A stretch of 64,000 nucleotides of DNA from an uncultured delta proteobacterium (GTDB lineage: Bacteria > Desulfobacterota > Desulfobacteria > Desulfobacterales > JAFDCJ01): contig CAVYNY010000032.1 of assembly GCA_963769935.1 (NCBI GenBank), positions 96,001 through 160,000 of the forward strand, written 5' to 3'. Below are positions 19,134 to 28,023 of the stretch, in pieces. How positions within the stretch are numbered: the stretch's first letter is position 1; each line of letters opens with the position of its first letter. The notes under the pieces were generated by a model. That model ran no database searches. It had not been told where the DNA came from and saw only the letters and a list, made by a program, of their open reading frames with translations. Both the position numbers and the translations under genes were made by a program.

Positions 19134-22100
19134 GCGATCGGCACAAAACCGGTGAAAGCCAACGAGGTCTTCTGGTTCCGATGAATATCGAAGCCCTGGT
19201 CAGCGGTGCCCCTGCCCGCGGCAGCGAATGGGTCAGCCGCGTACCGCCATTCCAAATGATTTATTACAATCAGTTCCTGGGCCGGCAACTGGAGACCGAA
19301 GCTTGCAGCGATACGGTTTCCAACCTCTACGAAGAGCCCGGTGTTTACCTGCACTGGGCGCTGCCGGACGGCTTGACGCACGGAACGACCGGAGACAACG
19401 GCGGTGAACCGGAGTTTCCCCTGGTCCCCAACCGCTGGTTAATCGTGCGGTTCTGGGATCAAGGCGGCGCAACCCGGGATTTGGATTTAAAGTTCAAGGC
19501 CTGGATCATGGAAAGCGACACCATCACCGACGATACGGATGCCGTCGTTTGGCCCAACTTGCGGTCGCAGAACCCGGATCCGAAAAACGAAGCGGATTAC
19601 TTTGTCTACGTCGGGAAGCAATTTGAACTGGATGTGTGGCCGGGTGAAACGCACGCGCCCGGTGTCGACATCACTGCGGTCGGCTATGGAGGGGCGGCTT
19701 TTGCGGCCTACTACCCGGCCTGCCGGGGAATTCTCGGGTTTCACGATAAATATCTTTCCGGCTTGCCTGACAACCTGACTCTGACATATTTTGTCGCCGG
19801 CTGGTATTCGGATCCCGCTCAAGATCCCCTGGCCGGGGGGCCGGCGGAAAAAACAATCAGAGCCCTGGAAGAAATACTGGGTGAGCGAAAATGGACCTAT
19901 CCGGGCTGGTCTGAAGCCCTGGCGAAAGCCAAAGAAGCCGAAGATTTGGCGGAACGGCTCAGAGAAGCAACCGCAATGTCGGCCAGGATGAAAAACGCTT
20001 ACGATCACTTCGACGATAAACGGCCTGTCTTTGCCAACACCCAGACTCTCAAGGACGATCTGAAAAAAGGGCAGGCCGGGCTGCAGGAAAAGATCGCCGA
20101 TCTGGAAAATGAGCACCGGAGGGTTGCGCCGGAGCTCGCAGCGCTTCAAAGCGACCTGCCCGGCCGGATCCTTTGCCATGGTGTTCTGGCGGGAATCCGC
20201 TGGCAGGGTGAAACCCATCTGTACGACAGCGGCGTTCCGCGGGGCAACCCTTTTTCCGTGGCCGTCGGCAACACCGCCGTCGAGGCCCTTTGCGCCTTGT
20301 TCAGAGAAAATTTAAATCCCGACCTGGTCAGACTGCTTGAAGTCTTTCAGTACGACCTGCTGACCGATCTTGAAAGACCGGGAGGCCGCGACCAGGTCGA
20401 TCAAAAAATTCACGCACGGAACTTTAAACCGCTGGCCCACGGGATTCACTGGGGCCTGATCCGCCAAACCCCGCCCCCGCCGGCCGAATCCTCCGCCGAT
20501 CATCCCCCTCCCGGCGATCAAACTCCTCCGATTCCGGGAGAAATTCGGCTGCTGCTGGAAAATCTGAACATGCACCAGCGGGAAATCAATCGTTTAAAGC
20601 GGGAACGGGCGTCCACCCAAAGCGAACTGTACGCCGCCTGGTACAAAAAAATACTCAATGCCGGCGAAGACGCTGCGCGGGAAGGCGTCCTGAATCAGCG
20701 TCTGGCGGATTTACGGCAGGAAATCGGTTCCCTGACGGCACAAATTGACGCATTGGAAGACCCCCAGGAACAACGGCCAAGCGGCGCAGAGTGGGACGAG
20801 CTCCAGGAAAAACTAAGCAGCTTCCTTCCGGAACTCAAATTGCAGCAACTCGATGAACCGCGCTTCTGGCGGCCCAACGATCCGGTCGTGCTCCTGGCGG
20901 GCCGTGCTTTTCAACGCGCCGCCCGGCACGGCGAGGACGGCCGGTTTCGCAGCGATGGGCGGCTGCTCTGCCGTGTGAGCGGCCAGGAGATCAACCGCCT
21001 CAAAATTACGGTGCCCTTTGCCAAAAAAGAGGCGGTTGAATTCGGCCCGCCGGATCTGGATCAATGGTGCCGTCCGTTCTCCGCAGGGATCAATCCGTCC
21101 ATTCCCGCGGAAGTCGTGAGCCTTTTCCGCGAATCCCTGTTTCTCACTCTCGATGCCAAAGGGGCCGACGCCATCGCCGCCGCGGCCTATGAGAAAAACG
21201 AGCCGGGATCGGCCAAGGACCGCCCGCAGGATGTCAAAGAGCTGGCCGGAGATTTGATTGAGAAATACCTGAAAAAAGTCTGGGAAGACGCCCGCAATCC
21301 GGACCTTGACGCCCCCGATTTGCGGCGTCAGGACGGACCGACCGTCTGGGAATTCGTCGGAAGCTTCCCTTCACCGGTGGTGATAAACAGATGGGAGAAA
21401 AACCCCTGGCTGCCTCTCTTTCTGCAATGGCAGGTCAGCTGGATACCCGCCTACGAGGATGCCGTCAAGGCTTTACAAAACTGGGAGCTGGTCGACCGGG
21501 GAACGGCCTTCAAGTGGCAGGGACAGGATCCCGGACCGCAGGACCGGAAAATTATTTACAGTGACACGACCCTGTTGACGCCCGGCGCCGCTTTGAATTT
21601 CAGCGACCGCCTGCGCCGCTACAATCTGGCCCACGACAACCAGAAGTTAAAAAACCTGCAAACCGCTGTCAGTCAGATGAACCTGCTCTGCCAAAGCCTG
21701 AGCGGATTCACTGAAAATCTTCTCATGCGCCAAGCCTTTTTAGAGTTGCAACCGCTCGAGCCGGGAAAAGATGATGACGGCCCCCAATTTTCCCCGATTT
21801 TCGAAGCGGTCCGGGATATCGATTGGTTGTCGCCCTTGATCGACAAAGAATTTTTCCCCGTTCGCGCCGGCCATCTCAAGCTGGAGAAACTCTGGATCAT
21901 TGATGCCTTCGGCCAGCTCCTGAGACTCGAAGCCGAATCGCACGGTGAAAACGTCGCCCATCCGCTCCGACCTGAAGGGCTCGCCGGGTCAGGCGGATAT
22001 TTGCGGCTCGAACCACGCCTGGACCAGCCCGCCCGTCTCACCATCGATTGGCCGTCCGCCGACCGTTGGGACGCGGGCGGTGAAAAGACCAGGCCCCGGC

Positions 22101-23506
22101 GGGATGATGAGGAATTCAATCCGGTTTGCGGCTGGATTCTGCCCAACTTCCTTGACCGTGGCCTGATGATATACGACGCCCGCGGCTATGCCCTGGGTGC
22201 GCTGCAGGCGGTCCAGCGTAAATCATGGTCCCAGGGCGCCGGCGCTCAGTTTGGCCCAATCGAGAGTTTTCATTGGGTCGACATTCCCGGCAGTGAGTCG
22301 TTCTTCTTTGGCCAACCGGCCGATAAAATAATCGATCCGCTGGGCGAGACGGCCAACCCGCATTTGCGGGCTTTTGTTAAAGGCCTATTATCGCTGAGCG
22401 AGGGCAGCGGACAGGCCTTCGGCCAGCTGCTCACCATTATGGACGATACCCTTTCCGTCGCCGGGGCCTCCGGTACCGGCCAAAATTCCAATCTCGCCCT
22501 GCTGATCGGCAGACCCCTCGCGCTGGTCCGGGCGTCGCTGAATTTGGAATTAGACGGCCGTACCGCTCTCGCCCAGGGTTGGGATGATTTGGCGGCCGCG
22601 CAGACCGGTGGAATCGAAAAGGTAAAGTTTCCCATTCGACTGGGTGATCGACGAAAATGGAATGATTTCCGGCTGGGGGAAGACGGCTTGGCAGGTTTTT
22701 TTCTGAACCGGAATTACGACCGGTTTTTCCCGGCGTTCGGCCTCACGGGCCGCGATGACGACTATAGCCGGTATCAAATGGTGCCTGAGATTTCAGTTGC
22801 TGAGCCGTTGGATCTCACACTGCTCATGGAGCCTGCCCGGGGAATCTGTACCACCAGCGGCATTTTGCCGCGCAAGATTTTTAACCTGCCCTACGGCGAT
22901 ATTACCGAAATACTGGAGAACAAACAGATCGTTTTTTTCACCGGTCCCGTTGTCAGCACTGCGAGCATCGAGGAGAAGATCCGGATGCCCCAGCCTTCAG
23001 ATATTTACGGGCAATGGTCCTGGACCCACCATCCCGAGGTGAAGGTCTGGCGCGAAGCAACCATCGCCGATTCGCAGAAAGAACAGGGACATTTTTCCGA
23101 TGAAAACCTGCAGATCACCGAGGGTTGGTTGAAGCTCATTACGGCGCCCCTGGAAATTCGTGTATTTAAGGTGAAAGGCGTCGAACCGGTGAAAGAAACC
23201 GAAAAACCGGAAGAAAGCGCTTCCGCCGCCGAACCGGATCGATTTGAAATTCCGGCCGCTAAGGACGTGATTCTATCGTGGGCCGCAATCGGCGCTGAAG
23301 CCATCGAGCTTAAGAAGGGACCGGTATCTCTTTTTAAGTCCGGCCGCCATCCGCTGCCCACGCAATACCGGATCCCGGTGGATCAAGATGCCTCATTTAG
23401 CCTGATTGCCATCGGCCGGTCGCAGAAATCGTCTGCCACCGAAGCGCAACAAATTATAACGAAAGCCAAGACAATCGAAATTGCAATCGTCCCGCCAAAG
23501 GCCTGA
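19130..23506 (+). CDS. Very large uncharacterised protein (1458 aa) with coiled-coil insertions and C-terminal Ig-like module, DUF6603-operon partner C
   Basis: LLVPMNIEALV, PGVYLHWALPDGLT, FPLVPNRWLIVR, YFVAGWYS, RFWRPNDPVVLL, PWLPLFLQW, IIDAFGQ, NPVCGWILPNFLD, LIGRPLALVRA, SGILPRK. Confidence 0.8.
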   Translation: MSDRHKTGESQRGLLVPMNIEALVSGAPARGSEWVSRVPPFQMIYYNQFLGRQLETEACSDTVSNLYEEPGVYLHWALPDGLTHGTTGDNGGEPEFPLVPNRWLIVRFWDQGGATRDLDLKFKAWIMESDTITDDTDAVVWPNLRSQNPDPKNEADYFVYVGKQFELDVWPGETHAPGVDITAVGYGGAAFAAYYPACRGILGFHDKYLSGLPDNLTLTYFVAGWYSDPAQDPLAGGPAEKTIRALEEILGERKWTYPGWSEALAKAKEAEDLAERLREATAMSARMKNAYDHFDDKRPVFANTQTLKDDLKKGQAGLQEKIADLENEHRRVAPELAALQSDLPGRILCHGVLAGIRWQGETHLYDSGVPRGNPFSVAVGNTAVEALCALFRENLNPDLVRLLEVFQYDLLTDLERPGGRDQVDQKIHARNFKPLAHGIHWGLIRQTPPPPAESSADHPPPGDQTPPIPGEIRLLLENLNMHQREINRLKRERASTQSELYAAWYKKILNAGEDAAREGVLNQRLADLRQEIGSLTAQIDALEDPQEQRPSGAEWDELQEKLSSFLPELKLQQLDEPRFWRPNDPVVLLAGRAFQRAARHGEDGRFRSDGRLLCRVSGQEINRLKITVPFAKKEAVEFGPPDLDQWCRPFSAGINPSIPAEVVSLFRESLFLTLDAKGADAIAAAAYEKNEPGSAKDRPQDVKELAGDLIEKYLKKVWEDARNPDLDAPDLRRQDGPTVWEFVGSFPSPVVINRWEKNPWLPLFLQWQVSWIPAYEDAVKALQNWELVDRGTAFKWQGQDPGPQDRKIIYSDTTLLTPGAALNFSDRLRRYNLAHDNQKLKNLQTAVSQMNLLCQSLSGFTENLLMRQAFLELQPLEPGKDDDGPQFSPIFEAVRDIDWLSPLIDKEFFPVRAGHLKLEKLWIIDAFGQLLRLEAESHGENVAHPLRPEGLAGSGGYLRLEPRLDQPARLTIDWPSADRWDAGGEKTRPRRDDEEFNPVCGWILPNFLDRGLMIYDARGYALGALQAVQRKSWSQGAGAQFGPIESFHWVDIPGSESFFFGQPADKIIDPLGETANPHLRAFVKGLLSLSEGSGQAFGQLLTIMDDTLSVAGASGTGQNSNLALLIGRPLALVRASLNLELDGRTALAQGWDDLAAAQTGGIEKVKFPIRLGDRRKWNDFRLGEDGLAGFFLNRNYDRFFPAFGLTGRDDDYSRYQMVPEISVAEPLDLTLLMEPARGICTTSGILPRKIFNLPYGDITEILENKQIVFFTGPVVSTASIEEKIRMPQPSDIYGQWSWTHHPEVKVWREATIADSQKEQGHFSDENLQITEGWLKLITAPLEIRVFKVKGVEPVKETEKPEESASAAEPDRFEIPAAKDVILSWAAIGAEAIELKKGPVSLFKSGRHPLPTQYRIPVDQDASFSLIAIGRSQKSSATEAQQIITKAKTIEIAIVPPKA

Positions 23507-23518
23507 AAGGAAGGGAAC

Positions 23519-25279
23519 ATGCCGGTACAACCCCATGTTGAAGCACATCTGGTCGTCACAGGGAGTTTTAAAGTCGGGGCGAACCCCCAACCCCCCAATC
23601 GATTCGAACTGTCGATTACCAATAAAAGTGACCCACTAAAACTAACCCCAAAGAAGTGTCTTTGTTTAAAGGGTGTTCTGGGACCGGGGACCGACGCATT
23701 GTTTCTGGATGATAATGACGCGAAACAATGCGAAAAATCAAGCCCTAAAGACTGGACCGTGATATGGGATTTTTCCCGTAAAGCAGAGGGTGAATTCTGT
23801 TTAAAAATATACTCCTTAAATAAAAAGCTGGAAAAAGGACAGCCCTTGACGATTTCATTTGCCAATGTGATATCCAAAACTGCCCCGGACGGCGACGCCG
23901 CTTTGAGTTTCCAAACCGACTTTTCGGACGCCAAGCAGGCGCTGACCATCTCAAAAACCGCGGATAAGGCCGACATCATCAGTTTTTACGCCTCTCCGCC
24001 GGAAGGTGTGCAAAACCTACCCGGCGAGGATGTCACATTGAAATGGCGTACGTATAAGCTGACCAATCTTGGACTCTTCCAAGAAGGTCACTCCGATCCG
24101 CTCGTCTGTGATTTCAGCCAGGACGAAGGCCAAAAAAAAATACCCGGCGTTGCCACCTCTATGAAATTTGTTCTCAAGGGCTACGACGGCCCCCAGCTGA
24201 TTTCGCGGAACCTGCGCGTCCAGGTCCTGCAAAAAGGATGGTACGATCTGAAAAACACAGTTTCGGAAGGTGACCCCGGCTATCCTGTTCCGCAAGACGA
24301 AAAGGAAACCCGATTGCTGGCAGGGAACCCAAAGGGGTTTGACCTCGAACCCACCCTCCTGTTCAACGCCAATGACCAGCGTTTATATGCCATCTTTCGG
24401 CTAATATTTGCGGGACAGGAAAGGGCCTTTCTATTTCAAACCCAAAACCTGTTTGGCGGATGGAGCTTCGTCAAATCCTCGGTACCCGATCAGACAGGTT
24501 CTATTCCGGGCGGCTGTTTTACCAGTCCCGGCATTTATTTCGACGATAAATTATGGCTGATCGGCGGCAGCCAGATCGACCCGGACAACACCTCCAATTG
24601 CATCTGGTGTTTCGACCCCCGGAAAGCAGCCTGGGAAGATTGGGGAGCCGCCCCATGGACGCCGCGGATGGGCCATGCGGTACAGGTTGTCTATGAGGAT
24701 CAAAAAGCAAAAATATGGATGCTGGGCGGACGTGACGAAACCGGCAACGCCCTTAACGATGTCTGGTCCCTGGATGTCGCCAGCCGGAGTTGGACCGACC
24801 TCGGTCCGGCCGACTGGAAACCCAGATGTCTTTTCAACCCGGCTGTTTATGACAAGCAGATCTGGCTATACGGCGGCGTGAAGGAACCTTTCAGCGCCGA
24901 ATTATACGACGACCTTTATGTTTATAGCGGCGACGGCCCCTGGCAAAAAAAAGAAATGACCGGCATCATAAAAGGCAGCGAATCTAAAAAGCCGATAGCA
25001 TCCAGCCTGCAGGTCTTTAAAGGCAAACTCTGTCTTTTCGGCAAATTTCGAACCATCGACCCCGCCGATAAAAGTGAAAGAATCGAGCCGCTGGCATTTT
25101 CCCTTTCCAGTGCTTCCACCAAAACCTGGGATGACTTCCCGAGCGACGGCCTGAAAGGTTGGGGCGGAGACACCACTTTCAGCTATCAGCTGGTCAATTT
25201 CCGGGATAAGTTGCTTATCGCCCGGGCCTTGGGCTATGATGATCCCAACACCGTATTGAAAGTTTATGTGCCCGGGTAA
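23519..25279 (+). CDS. Kelch-repeat beta-propeller protein with N-terminal beta-sandwich/Ig-like domains
   Basis: Kelch-like units DKLWLIGGS, KIWMLGGRD...NDVWSLD, QIWLYGG, WTPRMGHA; GEDVTLKW Ig-like strand. Confidence 0.75.
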   Translation: MPVQPHVEAHLVVTGSFKVGANPQPPNRFELSITNKSDPLKLTPKKCLCLKGVLGPGTDALFLDDNDAKQCEKSSPKDWTVIWDFSRKAEGEFCLKIYSLNKKLEKGQPLTISFANVISKTAPDGDAALSFQTDFSDAKQALTISKTADKADIISFYASPPEGVQNLPGEDVTLKWRTYKLTNLGLFQEGHSDPLVCDFSQDEGQKKIPGVATSMKFVLKGYDGPQLISRNLRVQVLQKGWYDLKNTVSEGDPGYPVPQDEKETRLLAGNPKGFDLEPTLLFNANDQRLYAIFRLIFAGQERAFLFQTQNLFGGWSFVKSSVPDQTGSIPGGCFTSPGIYFDDKLWLIGGSQIDPDNTSNCIWCFDPRKAAWEDWGAAPWTPRMGHAVQVVYEDQKAKIWMLGGRDETGNALNDVWSLDVASRSWTDLGPADWKPRCLFNPAVYDKQIWLYGGVKEPFSAELYDDLYVYSGDGPWQKKEMTGIIKGSESKKPIASSLQVFKGKLCLFGKFRTIDPADKSERIEPLAFSLSSASTKTWDDFPSDGLKGWGGDTTFSYQLVNFRDKLLIARALGYDDPNTVLKVYVPG

Positions 25280-25345
25280 AGTAGGGCTGTCTTGGGGAGA
25301 TATTGCCGGAGAGAATTTATAAATCACCTGAAGCGGGCAAACAAG

Positions 25346-25457
25346 AATTGAAGATTGAAGATTGAATATTGAATATTTATGGGTGTCGCTATGCTCCGTC
25401 CTTTTTAAAATTGAAAGGATACCTTAAATATCAAATATCCAATCGAAAATATTCAAT
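25346..25457. repeat. Intergenic ATTGAAG/ATTGAAT tandem element with inverted arm
   Basis: attgaagattgaagattgaatattgaatattt...gtcgctatgctc...aaatatcaaatatccaatcgaaaatattcaat. Confidence 0.65.
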
Positions 25458-25541
25458 TGCTGCAGGATAGGAAGAATAGCCCAAATAATTTTTTTGCACA
25501 AAAAGCGAAAAATTTCTTATATGCAACATGGAAGGCGAGCT

Positions 25542-27554
25542 ATGAAATTAAAAGTACATTTCTTGTTAATTTTCCTTATCCTATTGCCGGCGGTCGGATT
25601 TCCTTTGCCGGCCCAAAGCGGGCAGCACTTGACGATGACGCTTTTGCCGGTCAGGGAGTCCGGTACGGTGGAGGGAGACCCGAATGCCAAAGGGCTTCTT
25701 TGGATCCAGAATGATCCGCAAAAGGAGATCTTCCTGCAGTTTGATCTAAACGGGCTGGACCCAGGCTTAAGGGAAAGCGATTTCCTGCAGTGCACCTTGA
25801 GACTCGTCGCGCAAAACGTGGTTTATGAACCCGCCGACAATCCCAATACCGGCGGACAGCTGGTTATTGTCAAAGGCCGGTTGGTTAACGACAATAATAC
25901 CGATGAGGCCGACACCGGCCCGATCATCTCCCTTTCCACGCTTACCACCAAAAACAATGTCGCCCTGAAGGCGACGGAAGCATTTCGAAAAGCGGTCCAT
26001 CAAGAATATGCCGGCGATAAAAAGATTTCTCTCAGGCTCTTTAGCGACTCGCACAAGGCAAGCACCCTGCTTTATTCCAGCGCCAATTCCGGTGCGCCTG
26101 CCAATCCTTCGAATTTGCCCCGCCTGGTGATCGAGTACACCCCGCCGCCGCCCGAGCTGCCCGATACGCTGAGTTGGTCACAGCACCAGCAGAATCCGGA
26201 GCATACCGGCCGGACGGCCTGGAAACCCTTTCAGAATCCCACGGGTTTCAGCCTGGCAAAAATCGACATGCCGAAAATAAACGGCGGCGCCGGAACCATC
26301 GCGGACTATCCTTTGATTTATCGGGGAAACATGTATCTGGTCTACAAAGTCCTCGACCGGAACTTCCTGCTGGCCCTCGACTACCAAGGCCATGAGCTTT
26401 GGCGGAAAGATATCGGAGCAGGCACGGTTCAGCGCTCTCCGGTCATCAGCCGCAACGGATTTATTTATGCCGTGACCGAAAAAAAAATCACCGGCTATGA
26501 TCTGAACCGCTCCGGGCAGCCTGTGGCCTTATATCCCGCATCCGGTGAAATATCCGGCAAACTGGCCGCGTTTACCGACCTTACCGCCGGCAACGACGGC
26601 AGCCTTTTTTTGGCCTTGCAGGAGGATGCCGCAAATTACATTTACGGTTTTACACCGCAGTTAAGGCCTTTTGTCAAATCCGATCCCCTGGGAACGGCAC
26701 AGAAAAAAATCAGCACCGTCAGCGTGAGTCCGGACGGGGGGGCGGTTTTTGCCCAGACGCCTGCGGGCGCCGTGGTCATCGAGATGGTCAACCCTTCCCG
26801 GGAGCAGAAAATTCAACTGCAGCATGATGATCAAAAGGCTTGGGACAACTACCATGTGCCGGTAGCCGGACCTGCCGGGGGGGTCATGATCTTTTCCGAT
26901 TTCACCGGTTCGGCCAATTTGGGAAATGTCTGGGGATATACCGCCGTCCAAAGAATCTGGAATTCTTCGGGCACGCTGATTCCCCAGCCGGTTCTCGGTT
27001 CGAACAATCTCGTATATTATATTCAAGGCGGCGGCCTTCAGGCGCATCAATACAACCAAATCGGTTCGGTGGAGGTTGCCCCGGATGACGGGCTTAAAAC
27101 CACCAGCAATGTGGTTATGGACGGCGCCGACAACATCTATTTTTGGGACAACGGCTACCTCCACGGCTACGACGCTGAGCGCAAGGCCTTGTTCGCTGCA
27201 ATTCCCCTCACCTCCGATGTGAAGGCGCGCAAGGTGGATGAACAGGGTCAACCAATCGGGCCGGAGCAATTCCTGCGTTTAATGCTGGGACCGGACGGCA
27301 CCCTGTGGGCCAACAACAAATTGGGCAGCGCCCTTTACGCGTTCAAACCGAGCTTTGCCAAAGCCGATGTCACGCTCAAGCAGGAGGACATCCAAAGCAA
27401 AACCATCTATCGGGCCACCGGCTCGCTGGCCGTCGGCAGCCTGAAGCTGGAAGGCGGGACTCAGATATTCCTTGAGGCGCGGCAGGGGATCTCTTTTGCA
27501 GCCAATTTCACGGTAGAAAAAGGCGCCAGCCTTCTGTGCCGGACGGGATTCTAG
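25542..27554 (+). CDS. Secreted beta-propeller (PQQ-like) protein with N-terminal beta-sandwich and a short C-terminal beta domain
   Basis: Signal peptide MKLKVHFLLIFLILLPAVG; FLQFDLNGL...PRLVIEY (CBM96/DNRLRE-like); WSQHQQNPEHTGR; LLALDYQGHELWR, SPVISRNGFIY; C-terminal ARQGISFAANFTVEKGASL. Confidence 0.65.
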   Translation: MKLKVHFLLIFLILLPAVGFPLPAQSGQHLTMTLLPVRESGTVEGDPNAKGLLWIQNDPQKEIFLQFDLNGLDPGLRESDFLQCTLRLVAQNVVYEPADNPNTGGQLVIVKGRLVNDNNTDEADTGPIISLSTLTTKNNVALKATEAFRKAVHQEYAGDKKISLRLFSDSHKASTLLYSSANSGAPANPSNLPRLVIEYTPPPPELPDTLSWSQHQQNPEHTGRTAWKPFQNPTGFSLAKIDMPKINGGAGTIADYPLIYRGNMYLVYKVLDRNFLLALDYQGHELWRKDIGAGTVQRSPVISRNGFIYAVTEKKITGYDLNRSGQPVALYPASGEISGKLAAFTDLTAGNDGSLFLALQEDAANYIYGFTPQLRPFVKSDPLGTAQKKISTVSVSPDGGAVFAQTPAGAVVIEMVNPSREQKIQLQHDDQKAWDNYHVPVAGPAGGVMIFSDFTGSANLGNVWGYTAVQRIWNSSGTLIPQPVLGSNNLVYYIQGGGLQAHQYNQIGSVEVAPDDGLKTTSNVVMDGADNIYFWDNGYLHGYDAERKALFAAIPLTSDVKARKVDEQGQPIGPEQFLRLMLGPDGTLWANNKLGSALYAFKPSFAKADVTLKQEDIQSKTIYRATGSLAVGSLKLEGGTQIFLEARQGISFAANFTVEKGASLLCRTGF

Positions 27555-27573
27555 TGGATTACAAAATTGCAAA

Positions 27574-27600
27574 CCTGGCCCTCTGGGCCAGGATTCTTTA
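27574..27600 (+). terminator. Possible terminator hairpin ending the operon
   Basis: CCTGGCCC-TCT-GGGCCAGG perfect 8 bp stem followed by ATTCTTTA. Confidence 0.4.
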
Positions 27601-27730
27601 TTCGTTTGGATCCGTCTAATTTTGACTCTGTCAATTAATGATTAATTTTTGAACTGGGAATGAGGTTCAAAAAATTTAAAATGGCTGAATTCCACCCAAT
27701 AAAAGTTTCGGTTCAAGGGAGGATATACAA

Positions 27731-27988
27731 ATGATCAGCAAAGAAGAACTTTGTCAAAAGATCATCAGTTTATACCCGGATATCGGCGTTTGCGGCCTCG
27801 ATGTCAACGTTGAATTCGACAAGACGAATAATGCCTGGGTGGTGGACCTGAAAAAAGACAAACACCGGCTGAAAACCTATCTGGAGGCCGGCGATGCCGA
27901 AAACTGCATGGACGGCAAACAGTGCGTCAGTCTGGGGATTGAAATCGCCCAGCTAAGGGCCAATATTGAACGCATGCCGGTGAGTTGA
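27731..27988 (+). CDS. Small hypothetical protein (85 aa, four Cys)
   Basis: GGGAGG RBS; clean ORF. Confidence 0.75.
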   Translation: MISKEELCQKIISLYPDIGVCGLDVNVEFDKTNNAWVVDLKKDKHRLKTYLEAGDAENCMDGKQCVSLGIEIAQLRANIERMPVS

Positions 27989-28023
27989 TTGGCTATATTT
28001 ACCCATGCATATATAATGACAAC

